A DNA stretch of 64,000 nt from an uncultured Solirubrobacterales bacterium (GCA_963781265.1 CAWAFH010000018.1:692107-756106); one strand, 5' to 3'. Numbered from the stretch's first letter, positions 28,675 to 38,058 are shown. The notes: generated by a model not told the origin, from the letters alone. Made by a program: numbers and translations.

Positions 28675-30177
28675 TCACCCCGGCGGCCCGTAGCCGCCGC
28701 CCCCGGGGGTTTCGAGCCGCAGCCGGTCGCCCGGGCGCAGCGCGCCCGCGCCCTTGGCGGGCAGCTCGGCGCCGTTCAGGGAGTTGCGACCCGGGGCGCC
28801 GTCCGCGCCCCCCACGCGCCCTCGCGGGGCGCGTGCGCGGCGCTCGGTGATCAGCGTGTAGCCGATCGGGGCGAGCGCCTCGAGCTCACGGATGATCCCG
28901 TCGCCCCCGCGGTGGCGCCCGGCACCCCCCGAACCGCGCCGCACCGCGAGCTCGCGCACCCGCACCGGGTAATCGCTCTCGAACGCCTCCACCGGGGTGT
29001 TGAGCGTGTTCGACATGGCCACGTGGATCGCGCTCGGGCCGTCGGCGTGCGGGCACGCGCCCTGGCCGCCGCCGATCGTCTCGTAGTAGGTCCAGTCCTC
29101 ACCCGCGAGGGTGAAGTTGTTCATCGTCCCCTGGCCCTGGGCGGGGACCTCGACCGCGCCCCCGAAGGCGGCCAGCACGAGGTCGGCGATGCGGCTCGAC
29201 GTCTCGACGTTGCCGGCCGCGACGGCCCCCGGCGCCACCGCGTTGAGCAGCGTGGAGGGCGCCGCGACCACCTCGACCGGGCGATGGGCGCCCGCGCTCG
29301 GCGGGCCGTCGGGGTCGGTGAGCACGCGGACCGCGAAGAAGGCCGCCGACTTGGTCACCGAGAGCGGGCAGTTGAGGTTGCCGTCGACCTGCGGCGGGCT
29401 GTCGAACTCGAGCCGCAGCGAGTCGCCGCTGACGCGGAGGCGCAGATGCAGGCGAAGCTCGCCCTCGTCGGCGCTCTCGAGCACATCCTCGGCCTCGTAC
29501 TCGCCGTCGGAGATCCCCTCGATCGCGGCCCGCGTGCGGCGCTCGCTGTAGTCGAGGATCTCGGCCATCCCGCCGCGCAGCCGCTCGAGCCCGAGCCGCT
29601 CGACCAGCTCCGCCACGCGCCGCGCTCCGGTCAGGTTCGCCGCCCGCTGGGCACGCAGGTCGGCGAGTCGCTCCTCGGGGCGGCGCATCTGCTCGGCGAG
29701 CTCGCGCAGGAGCTCGTCGGTCGCCCTGGTGGGCTCGATCACGACGCCTTCCTGGTCGAGCCGCGTCGAGTCCGCCGGCATGCCGCCCGGGGTCGGCCCG
29801 CCGATGTCGGCATGGTGGGCGCGGCTGGCGGCGAACCCGAGCAGCTCGCCGCCGCCGAACAGAGGGGAGATCAGGGTCACGTCCGGCAGGTGGGTGCCGC
29901 CGCGATAGGGGTCGTTGAGGATCCAGACGTCGTCGGGTCGCTGCTCGAAGCCGAGCACCGCGGCGACCGCGTCGGGCATCGAGCCGAGGTGGACCGGGAT
30001 GTGCTCGGCCTGCATCACGAGCTCGCCGGAAGCATCGAAGAGCGCGGTCGAGCAGTCGTGGCGCTCGGTGATGTTGGGCGAGTACGCGGACCGGATCAGC
30101 ACCGCGCCCATCTCGTCACAGGCCGCGCGCAGGGCGCCGACCAGGACCTGTAGCGAGACCGGGTCGAGGAGGCTCAT
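28675..30177 (-). CDS. hyuB: hydantoinase B / oxoprolinase family protein
   Basis: 500 aa starting MSLLDPVSLQVLVGALRAACDEMG. HyuB-family blocks (IRSAYSPNITERHDCS, NDPYRGGTHLPD). ATGA overlap with hyuA. Confidence 0.9.
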   Translation of the reverse strand: MSLLDPVSLQVLVGALRAACDEMGAVLIRSAYSPNITERHDCSTALFDASGELVMQAEHIPVHLGSMPDAVAAVLGFEQRPDDVWILNDPYRGGTHLPDVTLISPLFGGGELLGFAASRAHHADIGGPTPGGMPADSTRLDQEGVVIEPTRATDELLRELAEQMRRPEERLADLRAQRAANLTGARRVAELVERLGLERLRGGMAEILDYSERRTRAAIEGISDGEYEAEDVLESADEGELRLHLRLRVSGDSLRLEFDSPPQVDGNLNCPLSVTKSAAFFAVRVLTDPDGPPSAGAHRPVEVVAAPSTLLNAVAPGAVAAGNVETSSRIADLVLAAFGGAVEVPAQGQGTMNNFTLAGEDWTYYETIGGGQGACPHADGPSAIHVAMSNTLNTPVEAFESDYPVRVRELAVRRGSGGAGRHRGGDGIIRELEALAPIGYTLITERRARAPRGRVGGADGAPGRNSLNGAELPAKGAGALRPGDRLRLETPGGGGYGPPG

Positions 30178-32150
30178 CGGCTTCGCTCCGCGATGATCGT
30201 GCCCGCCTCGTCGACCTCGGCCCGCCAGCCGGGCGGCACCACCAGCGTGGCCTCCGGGAGCTCGAACACGCATGGGCCCGCGGCGGTGAGACCGGACTCG
30301 GGCTCGCCGCGCAGGGTCTCGGCGTCGAGCCACTCGCCGCCGAAGCGGGCCCGGCGCGAGCCGCGCTGCAGCGCGCCCGCCGGCGCCGCGCGCGGGCGCG
30401 GGTCGGGGCCGGGCTCGATCACGGCGACGTTGATCCCGACGAGCTCGACCTCGGCGTCGGGGTTGCGATAGCCGTAGCGGCGCTCGTGCTCGGCGGCGAA
30501 CGCCTCGATCAGCCATTCGGGCTCGGGTCGTTCGCCGGCCTCGACCCCGAGCTCGAACGCCTGGCCGCGGTAACGCAGCTCGTAGCCGACCTCGACCCGG
30601 CCGCGATCGAGGCCGCGCGCGAGCGGCTCGCGCAGCGCCGCGACCTCGGTGGCGATCCGCTCCGCGGTCAGCTCGGCGCCGCGCAGCATCACCGTGTGGG
30701 CGGTGTCGCGGCGGCGCTCGGAGGCGAGCAGCCCCAGCGCCGACAGCACGCCGCTGGCGCGGGGGCAGAGGATCCGGTCGATCCCGAGCTCCGCCGCGAT
30801 CGCCGCCGCGTGCATCGGCCCGGCGCCGCCGAAGGGCAGCAGCGCGAACCCGCGCGGATCCACGCCACGCTCGACGGTGACCACCCGCAGGGCCCGCACC
30901 ATCTCCTGGTTGGCGACCCTGACGATGCCCTCGGCGACTTCGAGCCGGTCGAGACCGAGTTCCTCGCCGAGCCGGGCGAGCGCCCGGTCGGCCGCCTCGT
31001 GGTCGAGCGCGACGCCGCCGGCGAGGCTCGAGCCGGGCCCGAGGTAGCCGAGCGCGAGGTCGGCGTCGGTCACCGTCGGCTCGGTGCCGCCACGCCCGTA
31101 GGCCGCGGGCCCGGGCTCGGCGCCGGCCGACCGCGGGCCGACGCGCAGCGCGCCGCCGCTGTCGCGCCAGCCGATCGAGCCGCCGCCGGCGCCGACCGTG
31201 TGCACGTCGACCATCGGCAGCTGGATCACCCGTCCGCCGAGCCGGCGCGAGTCCGTCTTGCGAACCCGCCCGGACTCGACCACGCAGACGTCGCACGAGG
31301 TGCCGCCCATGTCGAACCCGAGCGCGTCGTCGCCCGACAGGCGCGCCAGCAGCCCGGCGCCGATCGCCCCGCCCGCGGGGCCGGAGAGCACGCTCCAGGC
31401 GCCGGCGGTCGAGGCCTCCTCCATGGGGGCGATCCCGCCCGAGGAGAGCATCACCGCCGGGTCCGGCAGGCCGCGCTCGGCGGTCGCTTCGCGAAGCCGG
31501 TCGAGGTAACGCCCGAGCAGGGGGGAGAGGTAGGCGTCGATTACCGTGGTCGAGCAGCGCTCGTACTCGCGAAACCGCGGCAGGACCTCGTGCGACGCGG
31601 AGACGTGGACCGCCGGCAACTCGGCGCGCAGGCGTTCCGCGATCGCCCGCTCATGCCCCGGCTCGAGGTAGGAGAACAGCAGGCAGATCGCCACGGATTC
31701 GGCGCCGCCGGCCCGGATCGCCTCGACGACGCGCTCGAGCTCGGCGGGCTCGAGCGCCGCGACCACGCCGTCGGCGCCGACCCGCTCGGCGACCTCGACG
31801 CGGTCGTCGTCCGCGACGAGCGGCGCGGCCTTGGGCTCGCAGAGCCGGTAGAGGCTGGGGCGGTCCTGGCGCCCGATCTCGAGCAGGTCGGCGAAGCCCG
31901 CGGTCGCGATCAACGCGGTCCGCGCGCCGCGCTCCTCGAGCAGCGCGTTGGTGCCGACCGTCATCCCGTGCGCGAAGCGCTCGATCTCCGACGGCCTCGC
32001 CCCGGCGCGTTCGATCGCCGCCTCGACCGCCGCCAGCACCCCCTCCGACTGATCCTCGGGGGTCGTGGGCGCCTTCGCCGTGAACACCTGCTCGCCGTCG
32101 AACAAGACCGCGTCCGTGAACGTCCCACCGACGTCTACTCCCAGCAGCAC
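30174..32150 (-). CDS. hyuA: hydantoinase A / oxoprolinase family protein
   Basis: MLLGVDVGGTFTDAV N-terminus and DMGGTSCDV ATP-binding block. 658 aa. Confidence 0.9.
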   Translation of the reverse strand: MLLGVDVGGTFTDAVLFDGEQVFTAKAPTTPEDQSEGVLAAVEAAIERAGARPSEIERFAHGMTVGTNALLEERGARTALIATAGFADLLEIGRQDRPSLYRLCEPKAAPLVADDDRVEVAERVGADGVVAALEPAELERVVEAIRAGGAESVAICLLFSYLEPGHERAIAERLRAELPAVHVSASHEVLPRFREYERCSTTVIDAYLSPLLGRYLDRLREATAERGLPDPAVMLSSGGIAPMEEASTAGAWSVLSGPAGGAIGAGLLARLSGDDALGFDMGGTSCDVCVVESGRVRKTDSRRLGGRVIQLPMVDVHTVGAGGGSIGWRDSGGALRVGPRSAGAEPGPAAYGRGGTEPTVTDADLALGYLGPGSSLAGGVALDHEAADRALARLGEELGLDRLEVAEGIVRVANQEMVRALRVVTVERGVDPRGFALLPFGGAGPMHAAAIAAELGIDRILCPRASGVLSALGLLASERRRDTAHTVMLRGAELTAERIATEVAALREPLARGLDRGRVEVGYELRYRGQAFELGVEAGERPEPEWLIEAFAAEHERRYGYRNPDAEVELVGINVAVIEPGPDPRPRAAPAGALQRGSRRARFGGEWLDAETLRGEPESGLTAAGPCVFELPEATLVVPPGWRAEVDEAGTIIAERSR

Positions 32151-32190
32151 GCCCCGAAGCTATCGAGCCGCGGGCCACGAGGAAATGCGC

Positions 32191-32219
32191 GAGGCCCCGG
32201 CTCTCGCGACCGGGGCCTC
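32191..32219 (-). terminator. GC-rich hairpin downstream of nadB (putative intrinsic terminator)
   Basis: Perfect 10-bp stem GAGGCCCCGG/CCGGGGCCTC with a 9-nt loop, about 100 nt after the nadB stop. No clear U-tract. Confidence 0.35.
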
Positions 32220-32320
32220 GTCCCCATCCCCACGGCCGTTCCCCGAACGGCATGTCCCGTATTCATCGATCGAATGAGTCACCTATCTCATCCGATTGGA
32301 GAGACGGATGTAAGAAGGGA

Positions 32321-33766
32321 CTAGATCCAGCGTTCGCGACGCAGCGCGCCGGCGGCGTCGATGACCAGGTGGATGCCGTCCAGGGACGGGTCGGGGAGCG
32401 GGAAATCGGCACGTCGATGCGCGCCGCGCGATTCGGCGCGGTCGAGCGCCGCCGCGGCGATCATGCGCGCCAGCGGGTAGGCGTCCGTGAGCAGCGGCTC
32501 GAGGCCGGCGGCGTCGCGCATCGGCCCGGCGTGCTCCCAGACCGCCTCGCGGGTCGCCATGGTCGGCGGCTCGAAGCGCCACTCGGGAAGCTCGGCCGGA
32601 GCGCCCTCGCGCGGCCCGTCGAGCGCGGCCCGGGCGGCGCGGCTGCCGAACACGAAGCACTCGCTGAGCGAGTTCGAGGCGAGCCGGTTGGCGCCGTGCA
32701 GGCCGCTGCAGGCGCATTCGCCGACCGCGAGCAGGCCCGGGAGCGTCGTGCGCCCGCCGAGGTCCGCCAGCACCCCGCCGATCAGATAGTGGGCGGCCGG
32801 GGCGACCGGGACCGGCTCGCGATCCGGGTCGAGGCCCGCTCTGCGGCAGGTTGCCCAGACGTTCGGGAACCGGTTCGGGTCGAGACCGCGGAGGTCGAGC
32901 AACACGTGCGGCGAGCCGTCGGCCGCCATCCGGTCGAGGATCGCGGCGCTGACCTGGTCGCGCGGGGCGAGCTCGTCGGTGAAGCGGCGCCCGCCCGCGT
33001 CGAGCAGGGTGGCGCCCTCGCCGCGGACCGCCTCGGTGACCAGCGCCCCGTCCTCGGGCTGGCCGGGCAGCGCCAGCGCGGTCGGGTGGAACTGACAGAG
33101 CTCCAGATCGGCGAGCTCGGCCCCGGCGGCATGTGCGAGCACCGATCCGGCGCCGATTGCGCCGCGCGGGTTCGTGGTCCGTGACCACAGCGCCGCCCCG
33201 CCGCCGGTGGTCAGCACGGTCGCCGGCGCGGCGAGCGCGGCGGCGTCGGTGACGACCCCGCCGCACCGATCGCCGTCGCTCCACAGGGCGACCGCGGAGA
33301 CGCCCTCGAGGACCTCGATCCCGGGCTCGGCCGCGGCCAGCTCGGCGAGCCTCGACGTGATCGCGCGGCCGGTCTCGCTGCCGCCCGCGTGGACGATCCG
33401 TCGCGCCGAGTGCCCGCCCTCGAGCCCGAGCGCGAGCTCGCCGTCGTCCTCGGTGTCGAAGCGGACGCCGCGCTCGCGCAGCTGCTCGACCGCGGCCGGC
33501 GCCTCGCGGGTCAGCACCTCGACCGCGCTCGTGCGGCAGAGCCCGCGCCCGGCGGCGAGCGTGTCGGCCGCGTGGCGCTCGGGCGAGTCATCCGCCGCAA
33601 GCGCCGCTGCGAGCCCGCCCTGGGCCCAGAAGCTCGAGCTCTCGGCAAGGGGCTTACGTGCGACGAGCGCCACCTGGGCTCCGAGCTCCGCGGCCTCGAG
33701 GGCGACGTGAAGGCCCGCGGCGCCACCGCCGACGACGACCAGATCTGCTTCTCGGGGCGCGCTCAC
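32321..33766 (-). CDS. nadB: L-aspartate oxidase
   Basis: FAD motif VVVGGGAAGL, WAQGGLAAAL, FHPTAL and C-terminal ESRGAHRRADFP. Its size (481 aa) fits NadB rather than SdhA/FrdA. Confidence 0.8.
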   Translation of the reverse strand: MSAPREADLVVVGGGAAGLHVALEAAELGAQVALVARKPLAESSSFWAQGGLAAALAADDSPERHAADTLAAGRGLCRTSAVEVLTREAPAAVEQLRERGVRFDTEDDGELALGLEGGHSARRIVHAGGSETGRAITSRLAELAAAEPGIEVLEGVSAVALWSDGDRCGGVVTDAAALAAPATVLTTGGGAALWSRTTNPRGAIGAGSVLAHAAGAELADLELCQFHPTALALPGQPEDGALVTEAVRGEGATLLDAGGRRFTDELAPRDQVSAAILDRMAADGSPHVLLDLRGLDPNRFPNVWATCRRAGLDPDREPVPVAPAAHYLIGGVLADLGGRTTLPGLLAVGECACSGLHGANRLASNSLSECFVFGSRAARAALDGPREGAPAELPEWRFEPPTMATREAVWEHAGPMRDAAGLEPLLTDAYPLARMIAAAALDRAESRGAHRRADFPLPDPSLDGIHLVIDAAGALRRERWI

Positions 33767-33797
33767 CAGCGGGGTACGGTATCCGGGAGCTTCGCCG

Positions 33798-34796
33798 ATG
33801 GCCCTCTTCTACTCACACGAGTCCTCCTACCGACACGACACCGGGGCCCATCCCGAGAACGCCGCGCGCCTGCGCGCGATCGAGGCGGCGCTCGCCCAGA
33901 CCGGTGGCCCCGGGATCGAGCGCGTCGAGGCGCCGGCGGCCAGCCGCGAGCAGATCGTCCGCGTCCACACCACCGACCATTACGCCGGGATCGAGCGGAT
34001 CTGCAACGAGGGTGGCGGCATGATCGACATGGACACGCTCACCTCGCCGGACTCGTTCGAGGCGGCGCTGCACGCCGCCGGCGGCGCCGCCGCGGCGGCG
34101 GAGCGGCTGCTCACGGGCGACGCCGACGCGGCCTTCACCTCGCTGCGCCCGCCCGGCCACCACGCCGAGCGCGACCGTGCGATGGGCTTTTGCCTGTTCA
34201 ACAACGCCGCGGTCGCCGCCGCGCACGCGATCGAGGCCTGTGGCGCCGAGCGCGTGCTGATCCTCGACTGGGACGTCCACCACGGCAACGGCACCGAGGC
34301 GATCTTCGCCGACTCGGCCGAGGTCCTGTACGCGAGCATCCACCAGTGGCCGCTGTACCCGGGGACCGGGGCTGCCGAATACGAGGGCGTCGGCGAGGGC
34401 ACCGGCTACACGGTCAACCTGCCGGTCGCCGCGGGCGCCGACGGTGAGACCTTCCTCGCGCTGGTCGAGCACGTGGTCGCCCCGATCGCCCGCGCCTACG
34501 AGCCCGGACTGCTGCTGATCTCGGCCGGATACGACGCGCACCGCGACGACCCGCTCGCCTCCTGCGCGGTGGACACCGGCGCCTACGGCGCGATGACCGC
34601 GGTGATGCGAGGGGTCGGCGACGAGCTGGGGGTGCCGACGCTGGTCTGCCTGGAGGGCGGCTACTCGCCGGCCGCGCTCGCCGACTCGGTGCTCGCCACC
34701 CTCGACGCCCTGGACGGTGGCGCCCCGGCGCGGTCCAGCTCGCCCGAGGCGGCCGAGCCGCACCGCAGCCGCCTGCGAGAGCGCTGGCCGCTCTGA
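33798..34796 (+). CDS. histone deacetylase-family (acetoin utilization / acetylpolyamine amidohydrolase-like) protein
   Basis: RPPGHHA, DWDVHHGNGT and EGGY motifs. Confidence 0.9.
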   Translation: MALFYSHESSYRHDTGAHPENAARLRAIEAALAQTGGPGIERVEAPAASREQIVRVHTTDHYAGIERICNEGGGMIDMDTLTSPDSFEAALHAAGGAAAAAERLLTGDADAAFTSLRPPGHHAERDRAMGFCLFNNAAVAAAHAIEACGAERVLILDWDVHHGNGTEAIFADSAEVLYASIHQWPLYPGTGAAEYEGVGEGTGYTVNLPVAAGADGETFLALVEHVVAPIARAYEPGLLLISAGYDAHRDDPLASCAVDTGAYGAMTAVMRGVGDELGVPTLVCLEGGYSPAALADSVLATLDALDGGAPARSSSPEAAEPHRSRLRERWPL

Positions 34797-37490
34797 TCAG
34801 GGAACGAGCCGGCTCCTGATCTGGTCGAGGAAGCTGCGGGGGAAACCCGGCAGGTCGCCGAGCTCGTCGACGCTTCGAAATCCGTCGCGCTCCTCGCGGT
34901 AGCGGACCACCCGCTTCGCCTGGGTCACCGACATCCCGAGTGACTGCAGCTCGTCCAATCCGGCCTCGCTGAGGCTGACCACGCCGCCGGCCTCGCCACG
35001 CGGGCGCAGCAGGCCGGGGGCCCGCAGGCTGGTGTGCCGCTTGCCGCCCTCGCCGACTGGGCCGGCCGGTTGCTGCGACTCATCCGGCGTCTCGTTCCCG
35101 GCGGCGCGGCGCTCGGCGGTCGCGGCGCGCTCGTTCGCCTCGTCCAGCTTGCGTCGGCCGGCGGCGGCCTCGGCTTCGAGCGCTGATGCTCGGGCCCTGA
35201 GCTCTGCCTCGCGCTCGCGCAGTCGCATGCGCGCCTCCGCCTCGCTCGCCTCGCGTGCCGCCGCCACCTCGCGAGCCACTCGCGCCTCGGTTTCGGCGTC
35301 GGACGCGGAGTCGTGCACCTGCGCTTGGGCGCGGCGCTCGCCCTCGCGCCGCAGCGCCTCGGTCTGCGTGCGCAGCCAGTCCGACGCCGCGGCGCGCACC
35401 TCGACCGCGGAGCGGGCGGCGACCTCCTCGGCCGCGCGCGCGCGCTCGGTCGCTTCCTGCAGACCGCTTTGGGCCTCGGTCAGCGACTCGGCCTTGGCCG
35501 CCCGCTCGGAGCCGAGCTCGGCCCTCAGCTCGGCTTCCCGCACACCGGCCTCGCGCTCGGCCTCCGCGATCGCCTCGGCGACCGCGCGGCGGCGGGTGTC
35601 CTCGGCCTCGGCGGCGATCCGTTCGAGCTCCTGGGCGTGCTTGGCGCGCTCCTGCTCGCGGGCCTGGGCGTCCGCCGCCATCCGCGCCGACTCGACCTCG
35701 GCCGCCGTCCGTTGCTCGACCTTGGTGGTCACGTCCGCCGCCTGTGTCTTGGCTCGCTCGACGGCCTCGCGGCCGATCCGCTCGGCCTCGGCTCTCGCCT
35801 GCGCGGCAGCCTCGCGCGCCCGTTCGGCCTCGGCCTCGCGTTCGGCGACCCGGGCGTCCGCCTGCTCGCCGAGCTCGCGCTCGAGCCGGTGGCGCTCCTC
35901 GGCGATCCGGCGCTCGGCGCTCTCCTGCAACCGCGCGGCCTCCGCCGCGAGCTCGCGCTCGGCGGCGTCGACTCGCTCGGCGGTGGCCAACGCACGCCGC
36001 TCGATCTCTCGCAGCCGCTCGTCCGACGCCTCGACGATCCGCATCTTCTCCTCGCGCTCGATCTCGAGCTCGTCCTCGCGCCGGCGCAGCTCGGCGTTCA
36101 ACCGTTCCTCGATCGCGGCGCGCGCTGCCTCCGCCTCGGCCCGGGTGCGCTGCTCGCCCTCCGCCCGGACCCGCTCGACCTCGGCCTCGGTGCGCTCGCG
36201 AGCCTCCTTCAGCGCCCGCTCCTCGATCTCGCGGCGTGTCGTTTCGGCCGACTGCAGGGCCATCTCCTCGATCTCACGGCGCGCCGCCGCGGTCGCCTCG
36301 CCGGCGCGCCGTTCGGCCTGCTCCTCGGCCTCGGCCCTGGCGGCCGCGGCGGCCTCGCGAACGCGCTCGTCGGCCTCGGCGCGCAGGGTCTCGAGCTCGC
36401 GACTGAGGTCGGCGGTCCGGGCCTCCACCTGGCGCTCGAGCTCCTCGCGTGAGCGCCGCTCGGCCTCCGCCTGAGCGCGCTTCGCCTCCGTCGCTCGCGC
36501 CTCGGCCTCGCGGACCTGGGTCAGCGCTTCCTGGATCGCCGTGTCGGGCTCGGCCTTCGCCGGCGGACCGACCGCGGCGCGGGCGCGCTCGACCTCGAGC
36601 TCGGTTCGCGCCGCGTCGAGCTCGGCCCGTAGGCGCTCCACCTCGGCCGCGTGGGCCTCGACGAGGGCCGCGCGGGCCTGGTCGCCGTCGGCACCGGCGC
36701 TCAGCTTCTCGGCCAGCTCGGCGCGCGCCGCCTCGACCGCCGTCGCCTGGGTTCGCGCAGCTTCCTGACGGGTCGCGTCGAGCTGTCGGCGCAGCCACTT
36801 GGCGGCGGCCGCTCGGGCCTCGTCCTCGGCGACCGCGCGAACCGCCGCCAACTCGTCCGGGTCGGGCCCGGCGTCCGGCGCGGGCGCGGTCGCTGCCGCC
36901 GGCGTCGCGGCCGCCTCGAGTTCGCCGATCCGCGCCTCGGCCGCCTCGGCGCGCTGCTCGGCTTGGTCCGCGATCCGCTGGGCCTCGCTGGTGCGACGCT
37001 CGGCCTCGGCCAGGCGCCCTTCGACGACGTCGAGCTGTCCGGCGGCGTCGTGCCTCGCGCGCTCGAGATCGCCCTCGAGCGCCAGGATCTCGCCCATCGC
37101 CCGTTGCTCAGCGTCCTGCGCGGCCGTCTCGGCCGCGGTGCGGATCCGTGCCGCGACGTCGACACCCGGGCTTGGCTGCGGCTCGGACGGCTGCGGATGT
37201 GGCTCGGACGGCTGCGGCTGCGGCTCGGACGGCTGCGGCGAGTCGGGCTCCGGTGGCGAGGCGACCGCGGCTCGCTCGGCGGTCTCGTCGGCCCCGTCCC
37301 ACTCGGCCGTCTCGGTGGCGGGCTCGCGCGGCACCTCGTCCGGGGACAAGGGTTGGGGTGCCCCGAGGTCGGATGCCCGCCCGGCGGCCGGCTCGTCCGT
37401 GGGCCCTTCGGCGCTCGGCGCCTCGTCCGCGGGCGCCTCGTCCGCGGGCTCGCGCCGCCGCCTGAAGATTCCGAGTCGCCGCCGCGCCAT
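34797..37490 (-). CDS. 897-aa Ala/Glu/Arg-rich coiled-coil protein with C-terminal ComEA-type helix-hairpin-helix DNA-binding module
   Basis: Uninterrupted 2.7-kb ORF with an acidic/Pro N-terminus containing PSEPQPQ repeats. About 650 aa of AEAERRA-type heptad-like sequence follow. The tail LSEAGLDELQSLGMSVTQAKRVVRYREERDGFRSVDELGDLPGFPRSFLDQI resembles ComEA HhH. Confidence 0.8.
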   Translation of the reverse strand: MARRRLGIFRRRREPADEAPADEAPSAEGPTDEPAAGRASDLGAPQPLSPDEVPREPATETAEWDGADETAERAAVASPPEPDSPQPSEPQPQPSEPHPQPSEPQPSPGVDVAARIRTAAETAAQDAEQRAMGEILALEGDLERARHDAAGQLDVVEGRLAEAERRTSEAQRIADQAEQRAEAAEARIGELEAAATPAAATAPAPDAGPDPDELAAVRAVAEDEARAAAAKWLRRQLDATRQEAARTQATAVEAARAELAEKLSAGADGDQARAALVEAHAAEVERLRAELDAARTELEVERARAAVGPPAKAEPDTAIQEALTQVREAEARATEAKRAQAEAERRSREELERQVEARTADLSRELETLRAEADERVREAAAAARAEAEEQAERRAGEATAAARREIEEMALQSAETTRREIEERALKEARERTEAEVERVRAEGEQRTRAEAEAARAAIEERLNAELRRREDELEIEREEKMRIVEASDERLREIERRALATAERVDAAERELAAEAARLQESAERRIAEERHRLERELGEQADARVAEREAEAERAREAAAQARAEAERIGREAVERAKTQAADVTTKVEQRTAAEVESARMAADAQAREQERAKHAQELERIAAEAEDTRRRAVAEAIAEAEREAGVREAELRAELGSERAAKAESLTEAQSGLQEATERARAAEEVAARSAVEVRAAASDWLRTQTEALRREGERRAQAQVHDSASDAETEARVAREVAAAREASEAEARMRLREREAELRARASALEAEAAAGRRKLDEANERAATAERRAAGNETPDESQQPAGPVGEGGKRHTSLRAPGLLRPRGEAGGVVSLSEAGLDELQSLGMSVTQAKRVVRYREERDGFRSVDELGDLPGFPRSFLDQIRSRLVP
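37174..37250. repeat. imperfect 21-nt tandem repeat (3-4 units) inside the coiled-coil gene
   Basis: ggctgcgg(c/a)tg(c/t)ggctcggac is iterated and encodes PSEPQPQ / PSEPHPQ / PSEPQPS on the minus strand. Confidence 0.8.
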
Positions 37491-37704
37491 CGGCGGCGGA
37501 CTCTACGACAGACACAGGGGTCGTCGGGCCGTCCGCGAGCGTCGACCAGGACTGCGCGGGCCGCCGGGGCCCGACCCGGCACGCGCCAGCCGTCGCGGCG
37601 GCTTCCGCCACCGTCTCGGCGCGCTCTTGGCACCTCCGCGTCTAGTCGCGCGCGCCGCCGCGGTCGACGATCCGCCCAATGCAACTGCGAACGAAGGAGA
37701 CCCG

Positions 37705-37950
37705 GTGAACGAACTGCTCATCTCCACCTCGATCCGGACCGCGGCGGCGCTGCGGGGACTGGCGCGTCGCGCCGGCGAGGAGCGAGCTCAGGGGACGGTC
37801 GAGTACGTCGGCCTGATCCTCTTGGTCTCGATGCTGATGGTCGGCATGGTGGCGGCGATGAAGGGCTTCAACGGCACTTCCGGCACCGAGATCGCCGAGG
37901 TGATCATCAGCAAGATCAAGCAGGCGGTGAACGCGATCACGTTCCGCTGA
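37705..37950 (+). CDS. Flp/Fap-type pilin-like small protein
   Basis: GTG at 37705 lies 5 nt after AAGGAG. 81 aa with a charged leader, then the QGTVEYVGLILLVSMLMVGMVAAM class-III-signal-like motif (TVEY plus a hydrophobic helix). Confidence 0.5.
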   Translation: MNELLISTSIRTAAALRGLARRAGEERAQGTVEYVGLILLVSMLMVGMVAAMKGFNGTSGTEIAEVIISKIKQAVNAITFR

Positions 37951-37974
37951 GCGCGCGGCGGCGCCTCGCCGAGC

Positions 37975-38000
37975 GGCCGCGGTTCCGCGGAACCGCGGCC
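37975..38000 (+). terminator. 26-nt perfect GC palindrome after the Flp-like gene (putative terminator)
   Basis: GGCCGCGGTTCCGCGGAACCGCGGCC, 24 nt after the stop at 37950, flanked on both sides by the direct repeat CGCGGCGGCGCCTC. No U-tract. Confidence 0.35.
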
Positions 38001-38058
38001 CCGCGGCGGCGCCTCAGGCGCGCGCGAACGACGCGGCGCGGTCTGCCAGACTCGCGCC

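Noticed and set aside
28675-31296. 873-aa ORF fusing the hyuB region with an out-of-frame read of hyuA
   Set aside because: The N-terminal ~370 residues are Arg/Ala/Gly junk. hyuB starts at the ATG at 30177, with the classic ATGA overlap to hyuA.
32233-32320. AT-richer stretch with small hairpin (GCCGTTC-CCC-GAACGGC) and near-palindrome around TCGATCGA upstream of hyuA
   Set aside because: It could be promoter or operator sequence for hyuAB, but the palindrome is imperfect and I cannot define -35/-10 elements convincingly. I am not reporting it as a feature.
35032-37950. Multiple long plus-strand ORFs (for example 35032..36474, 35255..36406, 36449..37465, 36799..37950) antisense to the coiled-coil gene
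   Set aside because: The Ser/Ala/Arg or Pro/Arg-rich translations are mirror images of the GAG/GCC/CGC-rich sense strand. Only the final 81 codons of the 36799 frame (Flp-like ORF with its own RBS) were retained.
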